Shown: in pieces, positions 27,211 through 41,900 of the stretch | How positions within the stretch are numbered: position 1 is the stretch's first letter | How the letters are laid out: every line of letters starts with the position of its first letter | NCBI GenBank assembly: GCA_964187785.1 | Contig: CAXLNC010001375.1 | Location: 1 to 64,000, forward strand | Direction: 5' to 3' | Length of the DNA: 64,000 nucleotides | Source of the DNA: Amphiscolops sp. MND2022 | Taxonomy: Eukaryota | The notes under the pieces: model-generated | Told to the model about the DNA's origin: nothing | What the model saw: the letters and a program-made list of their open reading frames with translations, nothing else | The model's database searches: none | Translations under genes and position numbers: made by a program

Positions 27211-27949
27211 TGGATGATTGAGATTGAGAACGGGAAGTAAAAGGTATTTCAAATATAGGTGGTCTACTAATTTGAGATACGGTTTTAGATACTGAAGAAG
27301 ATGTATCTGTAATATCTGTTGTTTGTCTTTTGAATGGAGTTACAGGAGCTACATTGTGAGTTTGAAATGTTATAACAGTTTGAGAGACTGAAGTAGAAGA
27401 TAGACTTGGATCAGAAGGAGATGTTTCAGAAAAAGGATCTAGAATGGTAGCTCAGTGAAGTCTTTTTTAGACTATTTTATAATTGTGGAGAGTGTTTTAC
27501 TTCAGTTGTTTCAATGTCACCAATTCCCACCGAGTTTTCAACGTTTTGAACGAGTTATGACAAGACGATTATCTTTTCTAGGTTGTTGTCTCAAGTTATA
27601 ATGAATTTCAACCATTCTTTCATTTGAAGATTGGTTTCGAGAAGGATCTGTTTGATGAGTTTTAAGAACTTGTTTCGGAAGATGAAATTTCATTTTGTAT
27701 TGAAGGTGAGTTGTCATTTGAAGAAGGATTAGAAGAAGTGTGATTTGATTTTGAAGAAGGTATTAAGGGTTTTTATAGGTAAAATTGTGGGAGATCGTCT
27801 TGTGATACTTGTTCATCAGGAAAAGATTCACCTGATTGAGACGGAGGTGAGTCGTTATTTGCATATTTATTTGATTTTGGAATGTCATATTGATTTGAGT
27901 TTAAAAAACGCATGTCGTTACGAAGGTGAGGGTACAAAAGAGTTTCTTT

Positions 27950-29060
27950 AGGATAATACGGTATCAAATGATTTCGAAGTGTATGAAAGGTAATACCATC
28001 TTGGGAACGAAGTTCATACGAGACATCAGAAAGTCTATCGAGTATTTTGTAAGGTCCAATCCGAAGTGGTTTTAGTTTGTCTGGAAAATGAACGTGTGAA
28101 AATTAACGTTTTAAAACAAAAGTTCAAATAGAGAGAGGTTTTTCTTCATGATAAGTTTTTGTAATGTAGGCTTCAGATTGATTTTACGAATAGTGCATTC
28201 TTATACTGTAGATAGGTTTGTAACATAGCAGTTTCTACTGCGAGGAACTATTGAGGAAGAGGTTTAGAAAGTGTACGATAAAGGAATGGATTAAGATCTG
28301 TCTTGCTTCAATGTGAATGTTCTGGAAGTCAGATCAATATGTTGAAATACATGTTTTGTGTAAACCTCGATTGAGTTTTAAGACAAATTTGAGTGGAATT
28401 CGAGGACGTCGTGAATTATGAGCGTAGGCATGCATGTGGACTTGTAGAGACCAATCTTTTGAAGCATTTTGAAGTACCATCCGAAGAAGTGTACCAAGAT
28501 ATTTGTTTTTACCTTCAACGAGTCCATTTGTCCAAGGGGAGTAAGGAGTCCTATGAGAGAGGCCGATACCCATAAGAGTACTTAGTTGTGAAATATCAGT
28601 AATAATATATTCTGATCCACGATCAGTGACAAGGTATATAGGTGGACGAACCTTCATAACCCAATGGTGAAGAAGTGATTTTACAGCAGTTTTAGCGTTA
28701 TTGGATTTGATAGGAACAGTGACAGCAGAGTGGATAAAAGCGTCGACAATGATATGTATGTATGATTTGTTCTGTGAAGGAGGATCGATGGGACCTTTGT
28801 GTCCACTGAAAATCGGTAATTGAAGGAAGGAGCATGATCAGAGAAAGATTGTATTGGAGCGGTTTGAACCTTTTGATTAAAATGTTTGTTACGTTGACAT
28901 TCGAGACAGTCATGTATTAAATGGAAAGCCATGGTTTAAGAAAAGGAATGTATTAGTACTGTGAAATGGTGTTGTAATCAATTTTGAGACCTGTGCGACA
29001 ATGGTCATGAAGTTTTTTGAAAGTCGTGCTGAAGAGACGAAGTGGCAGACAAATTTTGAA
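27950..29060 (-). pseudogene. pol: Copy B integrase
   Basis: LHDHCRTG/HDCLEC zinc finger, SVDTKGP, VDAF, VTDRGSEY, WTNGLVE, RIGPYKIL. Confidence 0.9.
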
Positions 29061-29829
29061 GGTGGTTTCAAGAATGTTAGTATTCAGGTCTGAGAGTGTT
29101 TTAGAAAAGTCTTTACTTTTCGTATAAAGGCTGATAAGATTGGTAGACTCATCTGTAAAGAGATTTGAAAAGATTTTATAGTCATCATGTGAAAATGGAC
29201 AACCAGAAAATCGAGGTGTTAAAAATCTGGTTTCGTGTTTTGAGAAAACCGGTAAAATACAGTTTTGAGTACTGGATCTTGGAACTGTTGTTGTTTGAGT
29301 GTTTGAGTATTTATCAGGCAAGAAAAGCCTTGAAAATAATCTTTGTATTTGAAGAATGAAGGGTCATAAAATGGGTTTATTTGTGAACAATGTCAAGAAA
29401 GTTTGATAGAAAGTTCTATAGCATTAGTAGAAAATGAATACTTCAAGCATATGTGATAGTAAAAACGTTTGCGTCTAAAAGAAAACTGTCGGGTGTGAAG
29501 GGTGTTGTTTCTTCCGGAATTTTTGTATAGGTATGATTTTCATCATCACTAATGACAATGACATCAGTATCTTTAGGTAAATGTGATTGTTGATGAGATT
29601 TAATATTTTTTTCATAGGAAATTTGATTTTTGTCTGAAAAGGTGTAATGGATATGAAAAGAAACGAGTCAAGAGGTTTGACATTGATAGCGTTACCTTTG
29701 CCATTTTTTCCGGATGATAACTTGGTCTGTGTCATATTCTAGGGTGAGAATCCTGTTTTTGATGAGGTAGGACTTCGTGTATAATTAAGTAATGGACAAG
29801 TTCAAGTGTGTTGTCTTGTAAGATTGCGA

Positions 29830-31150
29830 AGTCAATTTGTGGAGGATGTTGTTTATGTTCAAGTTAAATAATTTGTAAATTTGTAGTTCAGTTTTAGTAA
29901 AAGCAAGACTGAGCATGTCAGCGACAGAAACATTTCTCTCAGGTGTATGAATGATTTTGAATTTGAAAAATTTTGTTAATTACATATCAGCACGATAAAG
30001 TCGTGGACTAAGATTGTATTTTTCGTTAAAAAAATGTAAACGAGGTCTATGATCTGTGAAAATATGGATTGGATGTGAAGATCCAATAATGAGAAATGCA
30101 TCATAAATTTGTAGTGCGTGTACATTACCAAGAAGTTCACGGTCAAAAATAGTAATTTTTGTTCTTGTGGGGGAAAGATTTTTGAATTGTAAGAAAAGAC
30201 TTTCATTTTATTTTCTTCATTAAAATGGAATAGGACTGCGCCTAATCCAATCAAAAAAACGTCAACTGAAATAAAAGTGGATGTTTTGATTAGGTATTGT
30301 AAGTTCAGTATCGGATGTGAGAGAAGATTTTAATTTTTGAAACAAAAATTCGTGTTCAATTCTATGGGGTGTTTTTGAGTGAGAGATCATAAAATGGTGT
30401 AAAATTAACATGCAGTTTTTCAAAAAAGTTTTTTTAAACCTAAAAAAACCTATTAAATAGTGCACCTATTAAACTTATAAGAGCAACTTTACTAGTGGGA
30501 GAAGGAAGTTTATGAATAGGAGCAATTTTTGAATGAATGGGTTTTGAAGTATTGTAGCCAATTTCATGTCCACGAATTTTGACTGTTAGTAACATAAAGA
30601 AATATTTTTCAGGAGCAACTTTTTTACTAATTATGTGAAATTGTTCAATAAGTTGAAACATGTGTTCTTTAGAGTTAAAAAAGAGTAAGCCATCATCAAT
30701 GTATAGACGGGAGAAACCTAGATCAATAGGAGTTTTGAAGAATGATGACACGTGTTTAGTGAAGAAATTAGTGAGGCTTCGAGACCATAAAAACGTCTAA
30801 TTGAAGCAAGAAACTCATCACCTGATGAAAAAATTAGTGAGTTTTATTGTTTATTCGTCAGGGGATGTGTAAGCAAAGGCGAACATGATGTCAATTGCAG
30901 ATTTATACTTTTTATTTGCGCGGGCAAGTTGGGGAGCAAGAGGCCATGATTCATCAGATTGATCTGTGTTAGAGTTAAAGTGTCTAATACACAATTAATA
31001 GAGTCTCCTTTGGGGATGATAGTAAAAACATTTAGATAGGTAGTACCATATGCAAGTTTATCATATGGAAAAGAACCACTTTATTTGTGTCACAAATTGG
31101 GCATTTGGTGTAAGTCCAATACGGAAAGGAGTGGAAATCTTTCCAACATC
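29830..31150 (-). pseudogene. pol: Copy B RT and RNase H
   Basis: NDVGKISTPFRI, WPLAPQLARANKKYKSAID, LYIDD, GHEIG, IGLGAVLFH..YNS, VADMLS. Confidence 0.9.
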
Positions 31151-32023
31151 GTTTTAATGAGTAGCAAAACATTTTTTATTGTTTTATCAATAAGTTACAA
31201 AGTGAAACATATTCAGTATCTGTGAGATCAGAAAATTGAAGGGTTAATTTGTTGATGAATTTGAGAAGGTCTTTAGTATAAGCAAGAGAAGAAAAAAGAC
31301 GAGGTCCAGTTGTATGAGAAGTTGGTTGAACATTGTAGAGAGAGGAGTTTGTAGTTTTTGTAATTGTTTCTGTCAAAAAAAATTGGTGTGACGAAATCAA
31401 AGGACGAGTAGGTGTTTCTTCAGTGAATTGTAGAGCATAAGTTGTTTGTGAAATAGGTTCAGTAAATTCTGGATGGTATATGAGCAACGTTACGTACCCA
31501 AGGGTAAATATCTTTAACTTGATAGTATCTAGGTTTATCATTTGTAATTGGATCTTTTGTATAGCCAAAGTGTCTTGTAAATAAAGTACCAATATGGTTG
31601 GTAGAGTTTTGTATGATTGTTGCACAAGTGTCAGATTTATCTTGGGTAAAGACTTCAATTTAGTAGAGAAATAGGTGTGCGGAATTGTAGAAAAAAAAGG
31701 TTATTGTTGTAGTTGTGAAGTGAAGATTATAGTTGTTTTTTCTTGGGACGTGTGCAATTTTAGAGAAGTTGTGTTTTAAACGTTTTTGTGTTCTAGAATT
31801 TTGTATGGGTAATCTTTAGATAGGATTGATGTGACTTTGGTATGGTTTGGCAGTACTTTTGATTGGTATTTAAATTGTAAAGTAATGTCTTGGATGTTAA
31901 TGTTTCGTATATATCCGAAAAAATGACGTATCAAATCTTTTGTATTTCATATAGGCTACTGCAGAAGAGGTAAAAATTGTCAAGAATTGTCGGTTATTTG
32001 CTGAAAAACACAATTCCGACCAA

Positions 32024-35000
32024 TTAGAAAGGAATGATTTTATTTATTGGTTCGGTTCTAAGTTTGCGACAGTGGTGAAATTCAAACGGTGTGATTTTCA
32101 ATCCGGTATGCCTTTTGAATCGCCTTACATAATTTTCTCTATTTACGCATTCGGTCAAACATAAATTGTCTTCCATGGTAGCAAATATTGAGTTCTTCAA
32201 TGTTTGTATTTCACCTTCTACTGTTCTGTGCCGGTATGTAATCTCGGTGTGCTCTATTTGATCTCTGTTTTTTTTCGATTTGCAGAAGTCTTTATATTCT
32301 TTTGAAATGAATGCTCCGCCTTTGTCCATTATACTTCCTCCGGGAATCCGTATAAATTAAAATTTTGTATTAGGAAGTCCAGTACAACTTTTGTTTCCGA
32401 CGATTTCCAAATCTTTACGGTTGGCCATTTACTAAATCTATCAATGACAATTAAAATTTGGTGTTCTCCGTTTAATTTTTTATGGTTTAATTTTCCGGAA
32501 AATTCTATTTGGACTTCTCGCCCCGGTTCCGTATTAGTGTTTTTACTTTCCCGAATTCATTTTTGGTAATTGACAGTTGAGATTCTTACCCGATGCCATG
32601 CAGGCCCCACAGTATTTGGTCTTGTCCACATTTTCTTTTGACATATTCAACCTCCAGAATAATTTGGCTTCCTCTTTGTGGCTCCAGCATGTCCGAAGTG
32701 CAACGTGTCCAGTACTTTTCTTCTCAACTCAGTCGGTACAATTATCCGGTCTTCAACGAATGTCAGCCCCCCCCCCCCTGTGTTCCAAAACTTTTCCAAT
32801 ATCGGTCGGTGTGATTCTCTGGCTGTATTTTTCGGCTCGTCTCATTGCGTCTCTGACCCGGTTCAACTCGGCGTCTGTTGAATACTTGGCGGTAATAGTT
32901 TTTAAGTCCAGCAGCAAATTGAACTTGGCCGTTTTGATTGCAGCGTCTCTTTTCCTTCTGTGTTATACGCTTTCAAGTCCACAATCGGGAATCTGCGCTT
33001 TCACCCTCATTTTCCGGTTCGTTATTTTCTTCTATGATCCCCGGTTTTTGCCGGTTGTTGTTATTGCTGTCTAGATCTTCATCTTGCACTATTCGGTCGT
33101 TCGATGGTTGGTAGCCTCCCCTGAATTGGATTAACCGTGATAGCAATTCGCCGTCGATTTCAGCGATTTCTTCTCGACTTCTTTTGTTCGGACTAGAAGG
33201 GGCACAAATTTGTCGTTGCGCGTTCAGATCGAATTGCGGTGCATTGTCCCTGGTCTTGAGATTTCTATTCTCATTTCTACAAGTCTGAGAGTTTCCGGGC
33301 TCTTCCCTCTCCGTCTAATGATTTCCATAATCTCGGCAGTTGCACCGCACAAAAAAACAATTTCGGTACATCTCTTCCTCAAATAGTGGTAATTTCGGTA
33401 AATAATTTGTAGTCGACTTTGAATATTTACGTTCCGGATTTTACTTTGCGGTTCGACCCTTTTTCGGCGTTCGGTTGATGTAAATTTCGCTTTATCACAA
33501 TTTTTGTTCACGTCTCGGGTTTTCTCGAATGTTTTATTGTGTTTTGATTGGTTATCGCTTTTTGTATCGTTTGTTTTTTTTTCGGTGCGTTTTGTGATTG
33601 GTCGTCAAATAGTGATCCGTATTTGGTGTTTTTTTTCAGCTTGTTCTGAGATGAATGTTCAGCTTGTTCTTGTTGTGAAGCTATATCAGAGTGCGCCAGT
33701 CGGTCAAACCATCTAGTTAGTCTTGCTCTGCATCGCTGGTTGACCCAATATCTTTTAATCGATAGTTTGCGTGTTTGGTGGTCTGTTTTTTAAAAAAACA
33801 TGTTTATAAATTTTCCCGTATAAATAAAATTGGAATTTTGCTAGGACAGCTGTCAGTATTTCCAGTTCTTCAATTGAATATTTTTTCTTTCTCATTCAGA
33901 TATCTGCTACCGAATGTTCTCGGTTTTATTTCTCCATATTTTCTACCATAACGTGATTCCGAGTCCGGTTTTTTCATCAGTTGTTACAATGTTAGCTCTG
34001 TCATTTGCGTAGTTGGCCAGACAGAGTTCTTTGGTCAACAATTTCTTTAAGCTATTGAAGTGTTCGCCTTGTTCTTTTCCCCAGTTCCATTTAGAGTCCT
34101 TGTTTAGAAATTTTGGGAGTCGTTCGATTCGTTCCTACAATCTTGGTGAAAACTTTGCCAGGTATTGTTTTGCACCGAGGAGTGGTTTCAGTTGTTTATG
34201 ATTATCCGGGTGTTTCAACACCTGTATTGCTTTTACCTTCTCTGTTTCGTCTCTGTTTTCTGTATTGCTTTCCCCTTCTATGTTTCGGTTTGATTCCCGT
34301 TTCGTCAATTTCATGTCCCAGCCATTTAATCCATTTAATGTCAATTTCATGTTCCAGCCTGTTTTTTGAGGAAAAATTCGGATGCCCATTCGATCGCTCG
34401 GTATCCTGCATTTTCTAGTTTTTTTTCAATATGCCAGATAGTTTTTCTCATGTTCTGTCCGGTTTCCTCTTGTGACCACTATTATGTCGTCCAGACAACC
34501 CGGTGTGGAGTTTTCTGAAGTTCGGTCAATTTTCCTTGAAATATCGTTGGGATATCGTCAAGACTGTAAAATTGGTAGTATTCCCTTTATTTTCCTTCGG
34601 TTATAGCAAATACACATTGTCGGATACTCGGCTGGTTTCTTTAGATATTTTTATTTGGCCATATACGTAATCCAGGTCAATTTTTGATATCAAAAGTTCT
34701 TTTGTTCTACCGAAATCTGATTCAACATGTCTTCCATATTCAGCATATGGTTTCTGAATTTTACGCTCCTGTCGTTCAATTTGGCCGAGTCTAATGCAAT
34801 CTTTACCAATTTATCGTTTTTTTCGCTGATGATTACTACGGGAGAAACGAAGCAATCTTCAACTATATGTTCACTTGTTCTATCAGTTTCTCCAATTCTT
34901 TACCTACTTGTTCTTGCAAATGTAGTGGAATAGGTCTTGCATTCTGTTCCACCGGTTAGTGTCCCGGTTCTAATTGATTGTTTATTACGGTATCTTTTAT

Positions 35001-35340
35001 TTTTGTGTTATTCTTGAGTAGATCCGGGAATTTTTCACTCACTCGTTATTTTCTAATTCTTAAGTTCATTTTTTTTATGCAGTGCATTCCGAGTATTGGT
35101 GTTAGGTCATCTCTTTCGGAAATCAGTACTTGCATTTTCGGTTTGCTGTTCTCGTATTCAATGTCGGTCGGTACTTGTCTCCGGAATATTATTTTGTTTT
35201 TGATGACATCTTGTTACCGATAATTTACTTTCTGAATTTCGGCTTTCTTCTGTATGTTTTCATCTGTCGACATTATTGAAATCGGTGATCCGGTATCTGC
35301 TATGAATTCTTTCCCAATATCGTTCACTTTCACTTTTGCT
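32024..35340 (-). pseudogene. pol: Element E pol (PR-RT-RH-IN, RT partly deleted)
   Basis: Domain motifs in gypsy order; integrase core in ORF 32024..32329. Confidence 0.85.
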
Positions 35341-35384
35341 GTCAGGTATTCGTTTCTGTCGGTGATTCTATTTATCCTTTCTAT

Positions 35385-36294
35385 TCAGTAGGTACTCGAT
35401 TCTGATTTGTCAGATTCTCCGCTAATTTCTGTTGTTTCTTCCTCGGCTATATTTTGCACTTGACGTTTGTTAATATATTTTTGTCTGCATACTCTGGCAA
35501 AATGTCCTTTCTTTCCGCAGTGGTTGCATATTTTCTCCAATGCCGGGCATTTACGAGTTGAGTTCCAGGTTGGTGCGTTACATAATTTACAATGTTTGTC
35601 ATTTGTGATTTTGTTTTCGGTCTTGTTCCGAATCGTTCCATTTTTTGTATTGGTTCTTCTTTTATTTCTTTTTCTCGGCTTGAGATTATCGCTTCCGGTA
35701 TTGTGTTTTTTTTCGATTCTTCCTTTCATATGTGTTTTGTTCGATCATTTCAATTGTTTTCTTCAGTTCGAGTCTCTTTTCTTCCATTATGTTGTCTCGG
35801 AGTTTTGTATCCATAATTGCGGTCATGAAGTTCGTTCGAGATGTGTAGATCTTTGTCTGTAAATCCTTCGAATGCACATTTCTTTTCGATTTCTATTAGT
35901 GTCAGCCAGAAATCTTCGGGTGTTCCGGTTTCGGTCTGTCTCGTCCGAAAGAACTCTCTGCGGTTGTGATATGAGGTTCGTTATGGTACGAAGTATTCAT
36001 TTAAAATTCGGATCATGTCTTTCACTGCTATTTTGTCCGGTTTAACTTTGTATTCTCCCCGTGTGTTAATTGATACAGTGCTTCGGAACTTATGCCTCTT
36101 ATGAAGTCCAACCGTTTTGTGTCATTTCGGCTCCCGGTATCATTTCCGTGATAACGATTTTACAGTTTCTCATTGTGTATTGCCAAAATCTTTCGAGCAA
36201 TTGTTTCGGTGAAACCATTCGTTTCCTGTCCGATGTGACCTAAAGATTCGGTACTTCGATTTGTTTGCTTCTATTGTAATGTTTTTGTGGCCAT
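35385..36294 (-). pseudogene. gag: Element E gag
   Basis: CCHC zinc knuckle in ORF 35385..35729; capsid-like upstream segments in shifting frames. Confidence 0.8.
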
Positions 36295-36314
36295 AAAGTT
36301 CAAGTTAATTAAAA

Positions 36315-36460
36315 TACTGACTGCGCGATGTTCTATATCTTGGTTGGAAGAAGAAAACAAAATCGAGTTAGACATTTTTCTTTAGTGTGTGATCTGTCAA
36401 TATACGATATAAAGTCTAACTCTAGCTCCAATGATATAAATGAGGCACAATACAATAACA
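36315..36460 (-). promoter_or_regulatory. Element E candidate 5' LTR (36329-36460) and degenerate tRNA-Ser-type PBS (36315-36328)
   Basis: Minus strand TGTT...AACA followed by TCGCGCAGTCAGTA, close to the TGGCGCAGTCGG-type PBS, just upstream of the gag ATG. No partner LTR. Confidence 0.4.
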
Positions 36461-37228
36461 TGGTATTTATAAACAGAAAGCATCATTTGAATCTAATTCG
36501 TTGGACTAATCTTTTGATCGAAACGAGTTTTATTGACAGTGTCACCGTAGGATTTAGCATCGGTAAATACACCGTATCACTCTAAATCTCCCTGCACTCA
36601 CAAACAGTTCAGTTTCTCGCAAATCGAGTCAAAACGCTCAATCACTTTCCTCTGATACACAATCTTCCGAATTAGCTTCACGCTCTTAATTTAAGTCCGG
36701 CATAGACACTGCTTCTTTATTACCTTCTGCTGTACAAACTGCTTACCTCTCTGGTAACATTTTCTCAGACGTTCTATCACCTACTCCAGTAGCACCTACA
36801 GTACACCTACCTACTTCACTGCAGAAAACGCTAGGCCTCCTACTCCTAACTTTGCTGACTACCCATTACGTGTTGACGGAATCACGATATACGAACCTCA
36901 ATCTGATCTTCGTTTCACAGACCGTTTCATTATTAACAACAATACAATGTCTGCCAACGTAAAGATCTCAAGTTCAAGAAACTTCAAAATCCTAATTGAG
37001 AACTAATGTTTGAAGTAAAGGTTAGATTCCAAGGATTATATCCCCATCCAGTATTTCAAGTTGCTAAATTAGAACATAAAACTACATGTGCTCATTTTCT
37101 CGTTACATATTTGACTTCAATAGAGTCCCTACTCTTCCAGACTTAACTTAAGACAAAATTATGTTTTATAATCCATACTCAGGCCACAAAAATACTACAT
37201 CCTTACAAAATACACATTTTCACATCCG

Positions 37229-39440
37229 ATGTACCAATTATATTTTACACCCCTCTCTGTAACACCTTTTTATTTACTTTCATACTTAATACCTATTGAA
37301 CTAACAGATGCAGACACTTATCTTACTCTAGATGACCCTAACAAAACGAACCTCAAAGTTTCCCACTACGATTGTGGAAAACAACAAAATTTGAGACAAT
37401 TCGCTTTATTGAACGTCAAACAATGTACTGAAATTCCTTCAAACACACAATACGCCAAAGTCAAAGCCCGAATCTACGTTCCAGTTGAAGCTAAACGCGT
37501 TAAAGCTTTTGAATGTGAAGCTTACGCAAAGAAAGAACGTAATATATGTTTCCAAGGCTGAGTCCAAAATAGCCGTGTTGACAGAACGGTTTGAAATCAT
37601 AACACACTACCTCGTCTTATAACGTTTGACCTCAATAACACAAACAACAAAATAACGAACAACTTCAATTACAGTCATACTTCTACACTTTCAGAAGATC
37701 AATACTTTCAAGAAACAACTTGAACAGTTTCAAACCCCTTTTACAGTTTGGAACTTGAAAACAATGCATACTGGTACTTTTACCTATATACAAGCAGATA
37801 AAGAATGGATTTATGATCCCCTAAAAACCCTTTACACAACTGTCCAGCACATCACCAATTTGAAGTAAATCTACTTAGTTGGAGACTCTCCGTCTCTGTA
37901 GTAGAAGTATCTTGTGATGATACAGAACACATCATGGTAATAGATGGACATACTCTACCATGTAATTTGCAGAGGGTTTCTGCAACCCCACTACCGAAAC
38001 TCATTTTACACTTGTATGGTTTAGTGATGTTTTTGTTTAATTTTTACACTATTTTCAGACTTCGTTGGTAGAATGACAAACATCGATGAAGGTATTGGTT
38101 TGAAACTGATTCTTTAATGCACCCTTCATTTCCAATTAAATCTGATTCCTCTTAGAATTTTAAGGCACTTCATATTCATACATCCATGAACTACACATAA
38201 AAATCACTTAACACTATCCTCTTACATTTTGAACTTTTGCCACATACTCAAACATTCTGTGGCGAACCCGAACCTCTCTACTCTGCACAATATTCCGATC
38301 TTTTTGTTACATACCAAGAATGTTTCAAAAAGCAAACAGGACAACCAAATCCTCAATCTATGGTAAGCGAATATAACTCAGGGAAAACAATATTATAAAC
38401 TAAATCACAACCTTTTGTTTTTGCAGCAATAAATGTAACTAACAACTTTGCTACCATCGACTTGACTATGATGCACATATAGATACTAAAATAAATTATA
38501 AAAATAACCATGTATTTCGTTCCATGACTGTACAAGAGCTTAATACTCTTCATACCATATGTGAATTAGAACGCACCAAACGCCTTGAAGTACTTGCTAT
38601 GCCTGTTCAAAACACTCAACTCACTGGATATCTTCCAACTGGAAGTCGAAGTAACTTCCTTTATGTCGAAATTTCTACGGCTTGCTTATAAGCCTGTCCT
38701 CATATTTTATCACTATTGTATGAAACTGACCGTTGCTTCGACAAAATACCTATCTATTACAAAGATACTCTTATGTATGTGGACCCTATTAAAAGACAAA
38801 TTTATCATTATGCTACTCCTATACCTGGTGGCAACAATCCACGCAATATAATAGAGCTTAATCCTGATGCTGGCGATCAAGACTTCTATTTTATTTGTGA
38901 ACCTATAAAACGAAAACCCCTCGTATGTTTACTCCTTCTCGAACAAAAAATACTAAACGCCCAAAGAACACATTTACAGCTCGCATATAAGATGCTGGCA
39001 TATATTCTAATGCAGAACACAATCAATTTTGAAACAAAATACTTTTTTCAAAACATTCTGATACAACACTTCATTTAATCGGAACAACTCTTGGTTGTTC
39101 ATTCATTTCTGTTAATACTGCAGACTACTCTGATGCACACATTTTTCAGACTAACCCCTATAATACACTTCCTATTGGACTACACGATAAACTCATTATC
39201 CTCACTCCAGTTGTTACACCAACATGATTTGCTGATGCTTTCATTACACTGTTTGGCTGTCCATGTTACATACTTACACATGGTGGAAGATGTTTTCTAC
39301 AATTCTTTTCATACAAGCACTTTCAATACTTCTTATCAAAGTTTACAAAAACTTTATCAAAGATATTCTTCAATCAACAAAACATTACCATTTTCAGTTC
39401 TATTGCAATTGGTTTTTTTTTCAAAATTGTTATAGCAGAA
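37229..39440 (+). pseudogene. env: Copy C env (class III fusogen-like)
   Basis: VSHYDCGKQQNLRQFALLNVKQC...AFECEAYAKK; TFCGEPEPLYS; CELERT; CFDKIPIYYKDTLMYVDP; hydrophobic C-terminal segment. Confidence 0.88.
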
Positions 39441-40231
39441 ATGGTCAATGAACTAAAAGACGCTCCTTCTGAAACACGATCATTAGGTTTTAATTACTTA
39501 AACAAAACTTCTTCCGAATTCTCTCTGTCAACCATTACTGAACACCCATTAGACCAATCTTCCATTACTTCAGATTACCCATCAGACGATCTAACTTCAT
39601 CCCCAACTCAGAGTTACGATCCTCATGATTCAAATGGGATTACATCTCTACCACCATTTTACACTAAACGACCTATACGTAAACTGTCTAAAATTTCACG
39701 ACCCAATTTTTTTTCCTAAACAAAAGTCCTATAATACTATCACTATTCACACCTCAAAACCATTAACATCCTTTAGGTCACCACCTCCTTTACCCCATTA
39801 CTCAAGCAACATTCGAAAACCTGACACCTATCCATTCAACTCTACTGCACTTGATAACCATGACACGGACACTCCAGTCAAATTATTTTCAAAAACCAAT
39901 TATTCATTTCCACCATCATTTTAACATCGCTCATTCAGCACTTTCCTTCACGTAGTAACAGTCAACTACCACTTCTCTCTATCTTAACATTTTGAACGTT
40001 GACAAAAATCTACCTCTCTGAAACACAACTAATTCTACAAAACTGATTCTCAAATTGTACCTCTCTGAAACACCAATAAATTTAAAAAAACACAAATCAA
40101 CCTATAAAATTGACTCTCAAATTGAAATCTAGGTTACGCGCTCTAACCAACCCACCGTCAAAATCAGAATTATATCTCAATCTCTTCCTACAAAACACGA
40201 TGAAGCCACTCGTTAGTAATTTCAAAATATT

Positions 40232-41900
40232 ATGACGCAAGCACACTTTGATCTTCAATCACAACTCGACTCTCAGTACATTTCAAATATCTCGGATGCA
40301 TCAACTACACCATTATGTAATAATTCACGAATTCTCTTTGTCAGCCCTATTGAACTTACCGTAATCGAACGACTGGAAACTACTAACGCCACCTCTGAAT
40401 CTCGTGATAAAAGTGATGTTACAGTTAAAACTTTTGATAAACATGATGATACACCTCTTAAAACTTTTGAATCTTTCGACACCTCCACCATCTTATATTG
40501 AAAGACCCCGCCTTTCTCACGTCTCCAATCGATCCACCAATAATTTCTCCAAACGAATCTTTTTCAACTGGACGAGATGACCATCTCACACCACTCCCTT
40601 CACTTGATAAGCTCACTTTCAAATCACATCTCACTTCATTGTATATTCATCCTACTGATTAGACATTCAGACCTACTGAAATAAAGCAAGATTTTTTCAC
40701 ATCCTTTGCCACAAAAAGAATGACTCCATATCATTATTGGCTTGAGACCAATGTCAATAGCTTTTCACTTCAATTCAATTTTCTCACACTATTCATATAT
40801 GATGTCAAAACTGATGAGAATGATTTTTCTTTTCTCGCAACTTCTCAAAAGGCACACCGCCTTTTTCTCAATCACAAAAAACCTCTGAACAATCTTTTCA
40901 TCAATTACAAATATACATCACTGTACACCATGAACAACTTTTACACTATTGACCAATCATCGTTCCACAAGAATATCTGATACGTTTTGACGACTTTCTT
41001 CTACCTTGCAACGTACCTAGGATCATTGCAAAACCTTTACCTGTCATTATGCACCTTGTTTCTGCTCCTCCTAATGACAACGAAAAGTCGTTTTGTACAG
41101 CTTTGTCAAAACAAGCATACTCCTACTATGAACTCTTGTTTATTTCTGCTGAAGACATTGCCTATGGTGAAACCCGAAGCTGCCAGAGCTGAAGGGAAAT
41201 CTAACAAAAATTCTGAACACTACACTTCAAAACAAACACCAATCACCACTACTGACAAACTCATCAATGTTCTCAATTCATGAACTCTTCGTAATATCAC
41301 TCATAAGCTACACCGATCCAAAAGAAATCCAACCGATTCTTCGCTCTCAACTCTTACACACATACTTGAATGTTACGATCACACATTCAAGTTGTTACAA
41401 TTTTTAGATATTGACTCTCAAAGAAGCACACAATCATCTGAAGCAATTCAAGCAACACTTGAAAACTTGAGCGTAGTTTTCAACTCTCGTAATTCTCTAT
41501 AAACTTCTCAGGTTGACCCATTTTTTTCTGTTTTCTTCTGGTACGCTCCTACTCATTTCACAGGTAACGCTCCATTTTGAACACTTTTTGTATTGTACCT
41601 CTTCTAAAATGTTGATACAAAATAAGAACTTTTAAACTACACTGTTGTTGCAAATTGGCACTTTGAATTATGCCTCTCTAACACTTGATTTCTTTCCTTT
41701 GGCAACAGATACTTTTGTAGCTCTTTGAAACTTCTTCTTATAGACATTTGGCCCTTCAATTTTGCCAATTTTTTCTGGTCAATCTTACTTTTAGGAAACT
41801 TCAAAATATGCGACACTGTAGCATCCAATCTATAGAACAAAATAGCACCAAATTTCCTGAACGATTTAGCACCATAGTTGTATTTCGATTGCACAGTTAT
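40232..41900 (+). pseudogene. Copy C ORF-X remnant
   Basis: MTQAHFDLQSQ..TPLCNNS (40232), MTPYHYWLET (40720), LPCNVPRIIAKPLPVIMHLVS (~41005-41065), TLRNITHKL (~41285). Confidence 0.65.

Larger units (their letters stand above)
21100..32000 (-). mobile_element. Env-bearing retroelement copy B (5' truncated by element E)
   Basis: PR-RT linker, RT, RH, IN, pre-env region, env and ORF-X colinear with copies D and C. Confidence 0.88.
32020..36460 (-). mobile_element. Element E: conventional env-less Ty3/gypsy LTR retrotransposon (decayed, 3' truncated)
   Basis: gag start ~36294; CNHCGKKGHFARVC knuckle; IADTGSPISI protease (~35310); LDDIIVVTRG and WLGHEID (RT); LHFGH...CGAC and IDRFSKWP, DKGGAF (IN). 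Purine-rich sense strand unlike copies A-D. Confidence 0.9.

Noticed and set aside
32577-33074. 165 aa + strand ORF and other antisense ORFs over element E and copy D gag
   Set aside because: Shadow frames of real coding sequence on the opposite strand, with no independent motifs.
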